A stretch of 63,275 nucleotides of DNA, the filler included, from Basidiobolus ranarum (lineage: Eukaryota): assembly GCA_040143965.1 (NCBI GenBank). It is 55 parts of 55 records of this genome, joined end to end, with 100 filler letters (N's around TTAATTAATTAA, not from the genome) between each part and the next. Parts side by side here need not be neighbours in the genome. Positions count along the whole stretch, not along the records: positions 1 to 1,058 come from JASJQH010006637.1; positions 1,159 to 2,216 come from JASJQH010006638.1; positions 2,317 to 3,374 come from JASJQH010006639.1; positions 3,475 to 4,531 come from JASJQH010006640.1; positions 4,632 to 5,688 come from JASJQH010006641.1; positions 5,789 to 6,845 come from JASJQH010006642.1; positions 6,946 to 8,001 come from JASJQH010006643.1; positions 8,102 to 9,157 come from JASJQH010006644.1; 47 more parts are not named here. One strand, given 5' to 3'. Shown here piece by piece: positions 1-11,859 of the stretch; the first letter of the stretch is position 1; each line of letters opens with the position of its first letter. A model generated the notes under the pieces. The model was given only the letters and a program-made list of their open reading frames with translations, made no database searches and was not told the DNA's origin. The position numbers were made by a program, and so were the translations under genes.

Positions 1-201
1 TGTTAAGCATGGGTGAAGATTTGAGGTGATTTGGAGAAGTTTTGAGAAAATAGTGAAAATTGGTAAATGTGATCTAATTGATATTTCGATCAATTAGAGC
101 AATAAACACACGTTTTTGAATGACAGAATTGAGTACTTAATAATCAGAATATGAATAAACTAACTACTAAATAATGAGTTGCTATTTACCTAATTTCAAC
201 A
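1..201 (-). mobile_element. Copia LTR family A, partial
   Basis: Ends ...AATTTCAACA (rc TGTTGAAATTAGG). Same sequence follows the copia RNase H ORF and PPT at 28350. Confidence 0.85.
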
Positions 202-660
202 ACCACCAATAAGAATAATATCAAATCAGCTACTTAGATCAAAACTCAAAACGTATACCAGCTAGATATCTACAAATTGCATTCTGAGCATGCTAACTTT
301 GCCAAAACCAGTGAAATATGCTGTCAACCATGGCATACAACATTAGGCCACATTGGGGAACAAAAACAGATGCATATGATCTAAAAGTAGCTTGTTTCAG
401 GCTTAGGAGTTGAAAATATCACTAAATTGTATCCGTGTGAAGAGTGCAAATATGGTAAACATCACAGAGAGCCATTTTCAAGCTATGGGGAGATTGAATT
501 CACTTAGAATTTTGCCTTGATTCATTCTGACCTATGTGAGCCCATGAAAATGTCATACTAGTTGGGAATAGGTTATTTATAACCTCTATTGATGATGAAA
601 CCAAATATACTTAGGTATTCTTTCTCAACTCAAAATCTGAAGCCTTAGCTACATCTGTAC
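202..660 (+). mobile_element. Decayed copia GAG-pre-integrase/integrase fragment
   Basis: Homologous to 10414-11000 (rc). Remnants of WH..LGH, CKYGKHHR and HSDLC motifs with stops. Confidence 0.8.
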
Positions 661-948
661 ACTTTTAGCAGGTTATGAGCCTATTTTATTGACCTGTGCT
701 GGAATAAGTCCAAAGTTGGGACTCATCAATATGGTAATCAGTGACGTTAATAAACTGATTGGATCTGATGGTTTGGGATAAGGGAACTACACTTCTATCA
801 TTATGCTATGTACATTGGAGGAGCAGAAGTTTGGTTGAAGTATTTACAGAAATGATATTTGATTTATTAATTTGGTTTGAATTTGTATGTATGATTATAT
901 CAAGAGAATATTCATTTTTAGATATTGAAATTGTTTAGGGAGAAATAT

Positions 949-1021
949 TGGTCTGGCCAGGATTTGAACCTGGGACCTCCTTCACTCTAGCAAGGTGCTC
1001 CAACCACTGAGCTACCAGTCC
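949..1021 (-). ncRNA. tRNA-like (Pol III A/B box) unit embedded in a repeat, copy 1
   Basis: rc = GGACTGGTAGCTCAGTGGTTGGAGCACCTTGCTAGAGTGAAGGAGGTCCCAGGTTCAAATCCTGGCCAGACCA. A box TAGCTCAGTGG, B box GGTTCAAATCC, perfect T stem CCAGG/CCTGG, acceptor stem 6 of 7 pairs. Confidence 0.75.
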
Positions 1022-1158
1022 TTGTATGCTATGCCTATATTGCTAGGGAACCTTAACCNNNNNNNNNNNNNNNNNNNNNNNNNNNNNNNNNNNNNNNNNN
1101 NNTTAATTAATTAANNNNNNNNNNNNNNNNNNNNNNNNNNNNNNNNNNNNNNNNNNNN

Positions 1159-2216
1159 GATAGGTATAACATATATGATAAAGACAATAAACTTCAACAG
1201 TTAAAATATTGATCCTCACATTTGCATGCGTTATTCAATACTTTGCAATTTTGCGAAATATAATTTTTGAATGGCAAATTACTGGGTTTACTGCTGTAGG
1301 AATTCAAATTAATAAGATTGCCTTTATTTAGATATCTTAGGCTTTGTATTCCAGCCATAATGATATCAAAAAATACAAGAATCTTGTTGTGTTTAGTCTC
1401 TACATATGCACATACTTGACTGATTAGACATAACTCAACAACATCAATATACTTTACTAGCAAACTAATGGTGGAAAAATAGCTAAACATCTGAAATTTT
1501 GAATAGCACTGACACTTGGCAAATACCTGACTCTTGATACTGTTCACAATGAGAATAAGCTCTTGGATTTTGGCATATTTCTGAAAAGAATTCAGCCAAT
1601 ATATACCCAACTTGCAGTCAACAAATATCCTGCCACAAGTTGATGTGTCATTGCTTGAATAGATTACCCCATGGCTAAAACAATAATACTGCATATCTTG
1701 ATCTATATCACCAAGAAGTCTGTCTTGCAGCTTTCCTAAAACTACCATCAGATTATCACATAGGCAAATTAGTTCAATTATAGAGGTATTTACTCTTGGC
1801 CCTAACAAAAATATAATCAATTTGATTGGGATCAGATCCACCCTCCAAAAGAGCACAACAATCAGAAAACCATCACAACATTGGTGGCTTGCATTCGGCT
1901 AGGGATTTTGATGGTGTGATGGTGGTTTCTTGATGGTATTCTAATGGTATTCATACATGTTGAAATATTGATCCTCAAATTTGGCATGTGTTATTCAATA
2001 TCCAGCAATTTTGCAAACTATAATTTTTGATTGGCAAATTACAAGGTTTACTGCTGTAGGAATTTGAATCAATATGCATGCCTTTATTTAGATATTTTAG
2101 GCTTTGTATTCCATGCATAACAAGAATCAAAAAATACAAGAATCTTCTTGTGTTTAGTCTCTAGATATTGCACATACTTGACTGATTAGACATACCTCAA
2201 GAATATCAATATGCTT
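1159..2216 (-). mobile_element. CMC/CACTA-like element, region downstream of the transposase core; nested second copy starts with TIR CCCTAACAAAAAT at 1800
   Basis: 1195-1450 is repeated at 1965-2216. The same sequence is continuous with the transposase C-terminus in 31320-32241 and ends in TTTTTGTTAGGG at 40704. Confidence 0.75.
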
Positions 2217-2316
2217 NNNNNNNNNNNNNNNNNNNNNNNNNNNNNNNNNNNNNNNNNNNNTTAATTAATTAANNNNNNNNNNNNNNNNNNNNNNNNNNNN
2301 NNNNNNNNNNNNNNNN

Positions 2317-2945
2317 TATATTTGTTTAGTGAGAAACCATCCAGAGCCAATGCAAATGCATGATCATATGTGTGCTCAAAGAAACCTTGACTTTTCAGAT
2401 TCTGGTAGTGATATCCATCAAGTATATTGGTATTACTATCAGCTTTACAGTGAGTACTTTGGTATTGGATCAATGATCTATATTTGGGTGATTTCATTAA
2501 AACTTTAAGATGGAATCAATGGTATGTAAGCCACAAGTGAGTAATATTTCCCTGATTCAGTGATTGCCAATTGTGTGCAAACAGTACATAACTTCAGGTT
2601 TTTCAGGACACTGGTGAAAGCCAAACAACCATTTGGACATGAAGGTAGTCTAATTACTGAAGTATTATAAGTCATACAATTGACAAGTGTTCTCCACTTG
2701 TACCTGGTCTGTGGCAAGCAACAGTTACTAATCAACTGTGGTAAAAGTGTAAGAAAACCAGTAAACACCTGGTTGCTAAGATTGGATTGAACACTCCACT
2801 CCTCAATAATCAAAGCTGCTTCCTTTACAGTAAGTGTTATGAGTTGACTAATGTTTGCAGATAACAGAGAGTCCATAACCAAACCATTATCTTCTTCTTC
2901 AACTTCTGATATACTACTATCAGTACTGGAATAACCAAGGTCAAT
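2317..2945 (-). mobile_element. CACTA/EnSpm-like transposase N-terminal fragment (decayed)
   Basis: SCPNGCLAFT...CTVC Cys motif and HAFALALDGF motif, typical of EnSpm/Transposase_21 proteins; internal stops. Confidence 0.8.
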
Positions 2946-3099
2946 AGCCCATCAATATCATCAGCTAATTCTGAGAAGGTGTCACAGAGGAGTCATTAGG
3001 GGATTTACAAGATATTTCTGGTAATGGATAGCAAGTTTGGTTTATTATAAGCTGTTTCTAAGCAATTTAACTACACCAAGTTTACCATCTTTAATTTCA

Positions 3100-3374
3100 A
3101 TGCCATTTAAAAAGCATTCAAAATCTAAGTCAAAATTGGCTTCCATGCCAAAGCCTGCCTGGCACAAAAGGAAAAACACCAGCAAGAACAGAGGACCTAA
3201 TTGATGAACAGTCTAGTGATCAACTATCCACTTTGGAAGGCGTTACCATGCCGGAAACTAACACAAGTAATGATGAAGCATTAATCAATTTACCAGATGT
3301 GTTCCTTTCCAGCAATATTGCAAGTGAAGAGATTGTAATACCCCAATTACGTAGTAAATCAATAGTTGAGCAAA
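3100..3374 (+). mobile_element. CMC element ORF2 N-terminus (unknown protein)
   Basis: MPFKKHSKSKSKLAS..KP..ARTEDLIDEQ; divergent from the transposase on the same contig; homologous to 48507-48854. Confidence 0.65.
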
Positions 3375-3474
3375 NNNNNNNNNNNNNNNNNNNNNNNNNN
3401 NNNNNNNNNNNNNNNNNNTTAATTAATTAANNNNNNNNNNNNNNNNNNNNNNNNNNNNNNNNNNNNNNNNNNNN

Positions 3475-4531
3475 AAACACTGCAAATCACCCTCAGTAGT
3501 GTCACACAAACACTCCAAAATTGTTTTAAATCAAATTTAACTTCACAATTTTATGATGGTAAGTAAACAGCTAATCCCATATGGATTAAAATTGTTATGG
3601 TTTCCTAAAATAACAATGCTCAAATTTCTGTTAGGGATGTATAGCAAGGGCTTCTAATATCTAAGCTTTGTGAAAGATGCAGCAGGGAATGTATTGAATA
3701 CCGGAATAGATTCTGCCTATCTTCTTTAAACCTGTAATAAAGTTTTTCATATCTAATAACAAAATCTTTGCTCCATGGCTGTATCTGCCTGAGATCTGCT
3801 AATGTGAGTTGATGCATATGAATATATTAACAATATTGACAAACAACTCCCAATGTTGCCAATTCTTATCAGGCAGAAATCTTTTCAAGATTCGCTTGAA
3901 AATATATTAATCCAATACTTCCAGTCTTTGCATTTGAATAAATGCCTAGATGAGTGGATATTTATGGGGGTCCTGGTAAAATATGATGGTATCTTGATAT
4001 TTTCAAGGATTTTTCCAGTCAAATCAAACTTTGATTCTATCCATAGTGGCTCATTCATATTGAACTTTCTACTGCATAGCTTAGTTAGTAGTATTGGAAT
4101 GTTGTTAAATAGTAAGTGCATAGTGCCTAATGGGAAGCTCTGGCTCCAGCTGATCACCTTTAGCAATATAATTTTTGGCTTACTGCTAATAACAAGTTTA
4201 ACATTAGAATGACTATTTGGTGAATATGATATCAGTGATCATGTTGAAATCTGACCGGGCTCTTGACAGTAAAATCATGGAGTTTAGTGCTTTATTTGGA
4301 TAGTAGTAATGCATATGCCTGTTGAAGCAAACTCCATTGATTTGACAAAATCTACAGCAAGATAGTGCATTGTGCCATTGAAAACCTCCAAATTTACTGA
4401 TGGCAGGAGTGTCACCAATGCATACAATGATATTAGCTTTAATAAAATATTCACCCATATGAACCCCATTAGATAACCATTCAAATTCCACAATCAAAGG
4501 CTCCAAGAAGCTATCTATAAGCACTGGTGAT
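3475..4531 (-). mobile_element. CMC TIR end (..TTTCTGTTAGGG at 3636) abutting a transposase catalytic/C-terminal fragment
   Basis: IGDTPAISKFGGF..HNALSCCRFC, GTMHLLFNNI and HSLLHL motifs. Confidence 0.8.
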
Positions 4532-4631
4532 NNNNNNNNNNNNNNNNNNNNNNNNNNNNNNNNNNNNNNNNNNNNTTAATTAATTAANNNNNNNNNNNNN
4601 NNNNNNNNNNNNNNNNNNNNNNNNNNNNNNN

Positions 4632-5688
4632 TGCTCCTGTTCCCATGGCTTCCTTCTTGTCACCTTTGTTTGAGCAGTGTTGCTTGCAGCTTAATACTCC
4701 TGAGGAGTGGTCAATAGCAAATGTTCTGCCTCTTTACAAAGGCAAAGGCAAACATAGTGATCCCAAGTCCTACAGGCCTATTTCTTTGCTACCTACTTGC
4801 AGGAAGGTGTTTGAGCTCCTCTTAGTGAAATCCATTCATGAGAGGCTTCCATGCTTTCACACTAGTCAATTTGGCTTCCTTCCTAAGCTCTCCTTGGATA
4901 TGGCTGTGGTACTCAGTCATGATAATGCTTTGCAATATCCACAAGCTGCCATTCTTTTTGATATCACCAAAGCCTTTGACTCAGTAGACAGAGATCTGCT
5001 GTGGAGAAAGCTTCAGTCTTTAACTTCCAAGTCCTTCACTATGCTAGTGAGAGCCCTGTTTATTGGCAGTAAAGCCAGAATCCTCCATCCTGAATTCACT
5101 TCCAGCCTATATCCAGTGCCCAATGGTGTGGTGCAAGGTTCAGTGCTAGGTCCTCTGCTTTTTGTGATATTTCTCAATGATTTTCCTCAGCTGTCCCCTG
5201 GATCTCTGCTTACTTTATTTGCTGATGATATCAGAGTTTCTACTTCTCAGCCTCAGCTGGATACTGCTACTATTCAGAGATACCTTTCAGAAAATAACTT
5301 GGAGCTCTCTATTGCCAAAACAATCCCAATTGGTTGCACTATTTCCTTGTATGATACTCAGCTTCTTCATATGAACAATGCAACATATCTAGGATTTCCA
5401 TTTACTCAAACTGGCATTGATGTGAAGAAACACTTGTCAGTTAGAATTGCCTTGGCCAAACAGGCTGTTCACAAGTTGCTTGCTGTTACACCCCCCAATA
5501 CATCTTATCATGGCTGTCAAAGGCTTCTCAAGCAGTTTGTGATACCAGTTCTGGAATATGGAGTACATCTACTCCCACTCAACCAAAGAGACTACTCTAA
5601 GCTTGATAGATTCATCAGCTACTGCCTCAGGCTGCTGATGCCTGACTTGCCTGAGACTCCCTATGATCATGCTCTGAATGGAACTTTT
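4632..5688 (+). mobile_element. Non-LTR (LINE) reverse transcriptase, open frame across the contig
   Basis: PLYKGKG..DPKSYRPISLL, QFGF, DITKAFDSV, GVVQGSVLGPLLF, FADD, TYLG; no stops. Confidence 0.93.
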
Positions 5689-5788
5689 NNNNNNNNNNNN
5701 NNNNNNNNNNNNNNNNNNNNNNNNNNNNNNNNTTAATTAATTAANNNNNNNNNNNNNNNNNNNNNNNNNNNNNNNNNNNNNNNNNNNN

Positions 5789-6845
5789 TTTTCTAAAGTT
5801 CCTCCAAACCGCCCATATTTTCCCAATAGGTTATGAGCCCCGTGTCCTAACCTTTACAGCATGACAGAAACCACTACTACCACTTTTATTAACTCAAGTG
5901 TTGAAAACTGGATGGAGAAAATTATAATTTCTGGAAGTTCAAGATACAAATCATGCTGGAAAACAGAGAGCTCTGGGATGTAGTCTCTGGCAATGAAAGG
6001 GAACCTTTTGACCCTTCTTTATTGGAAGTTTATAAGAAAAGAAATAAGAAGGCCTTTAATGTCAATTGTCAAAGTTTGAAAGATTCACTACTTGTGATTA
6101 TTCAATATGCAAAGACTTCCCATCAAGCTTAGACTATATTGGAAGAGTTTTATGAAGCAAAGAGTCTTACTAATAGACTCTTTCTCAGACAAAAATTCTT
6201 CAATATAAAGACAAAAAAGTCCAAAAGCATGGTTACTCATATTGCACCTGTGAGATCTTTGGCAAAACAACTAGAAAATATTGGTGCAACTTTACTGGAA
6301 GAAGATGTCATTATGACTCTTCCACGTAGTCTAACAGAACAGTATTCAAACTTTGTCACAGCTTTGGAAGCAAGATCTGATAAGTAGTCTTTGGAGTTTG
6401 TGGTGGCAAGGCTAATGGATCAACACCTCAGAAGTAAGAACTTGGAAAAAGAATCTGAGGAAGTGGATCTTTTCAGAGCTGGAAAAACATAGCTTTGGCA
6501 AGTACAAAGGTTACAACAGAAGGAAACCAGGTTTATGCTATGGTTGTAACAAACCAGGACACCAGATAAAAGATTACAAATCAAGAAATTACACCAAAAC
6601 TGAGAGGCCAGAACAAGCAAATCAAGTCCCAACCAAAGAGGATGTTTTATTCATTTCTGCCCTATCAGTGACCTCTGAACAAGACTGTAGGTTGTGGTAT
6701 ATTGATTATGGAGCCTCTCAACATTTGTCCAATCAAAAGAACTGGTTTAAGACACTCAAAACCTACATAAACAAGAAGGTTTATATAAGTGATGACCAGC
6801 CACTAGAAGCCCTGGGAGTGGGAGAAATTGAGGTGGATCTTGGGG
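5789..6845 (+). mobile_element. Copia 5' LTR end (family C), PBS and decayed gag-protease
   Basis: LTR end ...TTTTCCCAATA (5828), PBS GGTTATGAGCCC (5829-5840), gag 'KLDGENYNFWKFKIQIMLE', zinc knuckle, protease 'WYIDYGASQHL'. Confidence 0.88.
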
Positions 6846-6945
6846 NNNNNNNNNNNNNNNNNNNNNNNNNNNNNNNNNNNNNNNNNNNNTTAATTAATTA
6901 ANNNNNNNNNNNNNNNNNNNNNNNNNNNNNNNNNNNNNNNNNNNN

Positions 6946-7018
6946 ACACCCAAGTACTCTCCTACCTTCTAGCCTCTTGTTGTTGTTTCCAGTCCTTGTT
7001 CAGTTCCTTATTGTGACA
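6946..7018 (-). mobile_element. LTR family D terminus (TGTCACAATAAGG...)
   Basis: Shared with 41552-41659, 61082-61274 and 22810-23019; homology stops at TGTGACA in three copies. Confidence 0.7.
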
Positions 7019-8101
7019 GCTTTATCAGACTACTTACACTTCCCAATAGACTTCTCTCCATCCCAGTTCTCCCATCTGTAACTAACAGAGCAGCTAAAAA
7101 AGAAGATTGCAAAGGCAATATCTTAGCAAAATGAAAAATGGCTAAATACTAAGCTATATAAGACTATATAAGTGCTTAGGCAATGCTAATTTCAACAACA
7201 TATTCACATAAGACAGCATTTTGTACAAGAAAAAGTTCAAGACCAGAAAGTGGACACTATTCTCTATAGTTCCAAAATGTTGCTTGCAGATATATCACAA
7301 ACCAGTTAAAACTTCAAGTTTTAAGACATTAAGAGCAGGCATTGATATTAGTAAATATGAATGCAATGCGGAATAAGTATCAAAAAGAAGGTGTTGCATA
7401 ATCAACCATTATTCAACATCTTGGCTAACTTTAGTTATGATCCTATATCAGACACAAAAAAGAAAACATCCATGGCCCCTATATTCAAGCTTGGAGTATC
7501 TCTAAAACTATATAAACAGTATATCCTATTATAACCACTTATCTATTCTATATGGTACACAAGCTCCTAAATATCTGAAAAAATAAATGTACATCTCTGC
7601 CATGTAAACTGCCATATTCTCTCAAGTATAAAGTAAATACAAGACTATCCCAATTTAACTTTAATGTAAGAAGTCTACCCCACCATGTCAATATCCTCCA
7701 ATAAATATAATTATCAAACATGAAAAGTCAAAATGTGACTGTTGCTGGATGAAATAAGATTTTGAAAAGTAGTAGAAGGAAAGAAAAATATTGAGAGCAG
7801 CTTGAAAAAGAAACTTTATATTAGATTTGCAATCAACTAGGTGACTAGTGTACAACTCACTTCCATGTTGATAACAAAACTAAGACTGGCTTTAGAGCCA
7901 AAGCTGCCAAGAAAGTCGGCAAAGCCTTGGCTGACTCCAACTGAGCATGCTGCTCTGACAAAATCCTTGACTTACTAAGACAACTCCTCAAAAGACATAT
8001 GNNNNNNNNNNNNNNNNNNNNNNNNNNNNNNNNNNNNNNNNNNNNTTAATTAATTAANNNNNNNNNNNNNNNNNNNNNNNNNNNNNNNNNNNNNNNNNNN
8101 N

Positions 8102-9157
8102 CATGCCTGTTAAGCCTAGGTGAAGATGTGAGGTGATTTGGAGAAGTTTTGAGAAAATAGTGAAAATTGGTAAAAGTGATCTAATTGATATATCTATCAA
8201 TTAGAGCAATAAACACACATTTTTGAATGACAGAATTGAGTGCTAAATAATCAGAATATTAATAAACTAACTACTAAAAATGAGTTGCTATTTACCTAAT
8301 CTCAACAGCAAAAACCTCCAAGTTCACTGATGGCAGGAGTGTCACCAATACATACAATGATATTAGCTTTAGTAAAATATTCACCCATCTGAACATCATT
8401 AGATAACTGTTCAAATTCTGTGATCAAATGCTCAAAGAAGCTATCTATAAGCACCGGTGATTTAGGTGCAGATATGATGGATGGTATCAAAATATTATAA
8501 CTCTAATACCATTAAGAAAGAGGAAGATTTAAGTTAACTAAAATGATTGGCCATCAAGCCTCTCCAATGGTATATTTGCTTAGCAAGAAACCATCCAGAG
8601 ACAATTCCAATGCACGATCATATGTGTTCTCAAAGAAATCTTGATTTTTCAGATACAGTAGTGATATCCAGCAAGTATATTGGTAATAGCATCAGCTTTA
8701 TGGTGAGTACTTTGGTATTGGATCAATGATCTATATTTGGGTATTTCATCAAAACTTTAAGATGGGGAATCAATGGCATGTAGGCCAAATATGAAAAATA
8801 TATACCTGATTCAGTGATTGCAAATTGTGTGCAAACAGTACATGACTTTAGGTTTTTCAAATTACCAGTGAGAGCCAAACAACCATTTGGACATGAATGT
8901 AGTTTAATTACAGAAGGATTAGAAGTCATACAATTGACAAGTGTGTTCCACTGGTACCAGGCCCATGGCAAAAAACAGTTGCCAATTAACTGTGGTAAAA
9001 GTGCAAGAAAACCAATAAACACCTGGTTGCTAAGATTGGATTGAACTCTCCACTCCTCAATAATCAAAGCTGCATCCTTTACTGTAAGTGTCATGAGTGG
9101 ACTAATGTTTGCCAATAACAAAGAGTCCATAACAAAACCTTTGTCTTCTTCTTCAAA
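8102..9157 (-). mobile_element. Copia LTR-A (8102-8307) inserted into a CMC transposase (8308-9157)
   Basis: LTR ends CTCAACA at 8307, followed directly by transposase motifs (IGDTPAIS, SCPNGCLA). Confidence 0.85.
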
Positions 9158-9257
9158 NNNNNNNNNNNNNNNNNNNNNNNNNNNNNNNNNNNNNNNNNNN
9201 NTTAATTAATTAANNNNNNNNNNNNNNNNNNNNNNNNNNNNNNNNNNNNNNNNNNNN

Positions 9258-10085
9258 ATTGGTGCTGAGGTGAAAGCACTCTTTAAAGTTACAAATGCTT
9301 GTTGGCAAGAGGGGTTCCAGTCAAAAGGGAGTTCTTCCTTCATAAGGCTTGTTAATGGAGCCAATATTTTTGAGTAGTTCTTGCCAAACCATTGGTAAAA
9401 GTTTGCAACTCCAAGAAAAGATTGGATATCCTTCATATTCTTGGGAACATCCCAAGACAGACCAGATTTAACCTTCTTAAGGCCAATTGAGATGCCTGAT
9501 GGGCTGATGTTATATCCAAGGAATTCAATTTGAGCTTGATCAAATTCACATTTCTCAAGTTTAGCATAGAGCCCAGAGGTTTTCAACTTTTCTAGGCCTT
9601 GGGAAACATGAATATTGTGTTCTTCTTGAGAGCTTGAGAAGTTCAAGATACTGTCAAGGTAGATTGCAACAAATTGGTCAAGATACTCTCTGCAGATATC
9701 ATTCATCATGCATTGAAAGACTGCAGGGGCATTGGTAAGCCTAAATAGCCTGACATTGTATTCAAAGTGTCCATAGCAAGTCCAAAAGGCAGTTTTCCAT
9801 TGGTCTCCTGGTTTGATTCTTACAAGATTGTAAGCACCTTGAAGATCAATCTTTGTAAACACCTTGGCTGAAGCTAGCTGACCCAAGAGTGAGTTGCTTA
9901 ATGGCTAGGGGTACCAATTTTTGACCATAATGCTATTTAGGCCTTGATAAGCAACACAGAGATGGAGAGATCCATCTTTTTTCTTAACAAATAAGATTGG
10001 AGAGCCTGCTGGGGACTCTGAGTATTGGATAAATCCTTTCTCCAAATTTTCTGCAATGTACTCTTTTAGAATGTTCAGTTCTGTC
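9258..10085 (-). mobile_element. Ty3/gypsy reverse transcriptase (decayed)
   Basis: [42 protein letters not shown] (for YLDD), KLEKCEF, FLG.ANFY. Confidence 0.93.
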
Positions 10086-10313
10086 TATTGGGAAAATATG
10101 GGCTGATTGGCGGAACTCTAGAAAGGTGGAGTTGTGAATAGCTTTGTAAGATGATTGTTTATTGTCCAGAAATAAAGCATTTATATTTTTTGGTGGAAAT
10201 ACAGAAAACTAACACTGGGGTTGTGCTCATAACATCTGTGGGAGTAAAATGAGCTATCTTTGGGGCTATTTGGACGAGTTTGAAATTTCCAATATGTAAT
10301 TGCTAATTATCAC
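10086..10313 (-). mobile_element. LTR family C inserted into gypsy RT
   Basis: rc ends ...CATATTTTCCCAATA as at 5828, 15144 and 47173. Confidence 0.8.
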
Positions 10314-10413
10314 NNNNNNNNNNNNNNNNNNNNNNNNNNNNNNNNNNNNNNNNNNNNTTAATTAATTAANNNNNNNNNNNNNNNNNNNNNNNNNNNNNNN
10401 NNNNNNNNNNNNN

Positions 10414-11469
10414 TTGTTGCTTAATTCCATGTTTAGAGCAAAAACTAGGAAAGTCTGTGGAGCAGTATTCTCCAGCATTATCACTCCTTAGTATCATTAT
10501 TTTTTGTGCTGATTCTTTCTCTACCATTGCTTTGTAGTGCTTGAATGTAGCAAAGGCTTCAGATTTTGATTTGAGAAAGAATACTCTTGTTTTGTCATCA
10601 ATAAAGGTTATGAAGTATCTTTTCCCACCCAGTGCAACATTTTTCATGGGCCCACATAGGTCAGAATGAGTCAGGGAAAAATTCTTAGTGGATTTGATCT
10701 CTCCAGAGCTAGAAAATGGCTGTCTGTGATGTTTTCCATATCTGCAACCTTCATACAGATCCAATTTAGTGATATTTCCAATTCCCAAGCTTGAAATAAG
10801 CTGATTTTGGATCATTGGGGTCAGTATTTGTTCCCCAATATGGCCTAATCTTCTATGCCATGTTTGACAACTTATTTCACCAGTTTTGGCCAAGTTTGCA
10901 TTCACAGAATGCAATTTGTTGATTTCTAGCTTGTATAAGTTTTGAGTTTTGATCCCAGTAGCTAATTTGGTATTATTCTGATCTGTGCTAGTGCATCCAG
11001 CCTTACTGAGCACAAAATTTAATCCTTGAGTTGTGGCTTGGCTTACTGAGAGTGGATTTTTGGCCATATCTCTATCAGTGCATACTTGATTTGCATGTTC
11101 CAATTTTAGCTTTTTGGCAAAAATCCATTTTCTCCAATATTTGTTTGAATGGCCTGGTTTCTTGCAATACTTGCAGATGATTTATTTCCCAATAGGGTTA
11201 CCATTATTGAAGCCTGTTGGACATTTTACAACTCCAAAAAAAGCCGGTTTCAAATTATTTTGCTGAGAATTAGATCTCCTTAGTTCATCATTCAAAAGCC
11301 TAGTGCCAACATACTCCATTGTTAATGGCTCTGCTCTTGATTCCAGGGCAAGTATGAGGTTCCCAAACTTGTCTGGCAGGCTCCCAAGTTGTGTCATGAC
11401 TAAGTCATCTTCATTTAGAGGTGCTCCAATGGATGAGAGCTGATCTGCCATGGTTTTTGTTGAAATTAG
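10414..11469 (-). mobile_element. Copia gag (zinc knuckle) joined to GAG-pre-integrase/integrase; protease region apparently deleted
   Basis: LGSLPDKF..LESR, CKYCKKPGH, WHRRLGH, HSDLCGP, LRSDNAGEY. Confidence 0.9.
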
Positions 11470-11569
11470 NNNNNNNNNNNNNNNNNNNNNNNNNNNNNNN
11501 NNNNNNNNNNNNNTTAATTAATTAANNNNNNNNNNNNNNNNNNNNNNNNNNNNNNNNNNNNNNNNNNNN

Positions 11570-11836
11570 AAGGTGACAAATTAGCATTCAAGTGGTAATT
11601 ATGTAAAATTTGAGTTATGTTTTTTGCACATGTGTTGATCCATAGTTCTCTGAGATTTTAGCTAATCATTTTCAACTATTTTGCAAGATCTTGAAATTTC
11701 ACACCTGAAACTGAAAAAATTGATTAAAATCAAATCTAACTTGTTGATTTTATGATGGTAAGTAAATGGTCAATCCCAAATGGATTAAAATTGTGACAGT
11801 TTTCCTACAATAACAATCCTCAAATTTCTGTTAGGG
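11570..11836 (-). mobile_element. CMC element terminal region with TIR
   Basis: Ends TTTCTGTTAGGG at 11836; matches 54370-54631. Confidence 0.8.
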
Positions 11837-11859
11837 TATTAGGAACCCATTACTTCTTT

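Noticed and set aside
949-1021. Functional tRNA-Ser(AGA) gene
   Set aside because: No long variable arm, mismatches in the acceptor and anticodon stems, and embedded in a dispersed repeat; reported as tRNA-like instead.
1194-1856. 220-aa ORF as a real host gene
   Set aside because: It crosses a transposon terminus at 1800, so it is a chimera of two decayed CMC copies.
3853-4212. Antisense and alternate-frame ORFs overlapping TE genes (also 8814, 13632, 26964, 42747 and others)
   Set aside because: Shadow ORFs of recognisable transposase or pol frames.
4632-5688. Retron, group II intron or DGR reverse transcriptase
   Set aside because: The YRPISLL and GVVQGSVLGPLLF motifs and the eukaryotic context indicate a non-LTR retrotransposon.
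9258-10085. Classical ascomycete RIP (CpA to TpA)
   Set aside because: CpA and TpG are abundant; the diagnostic changes are at CpG.
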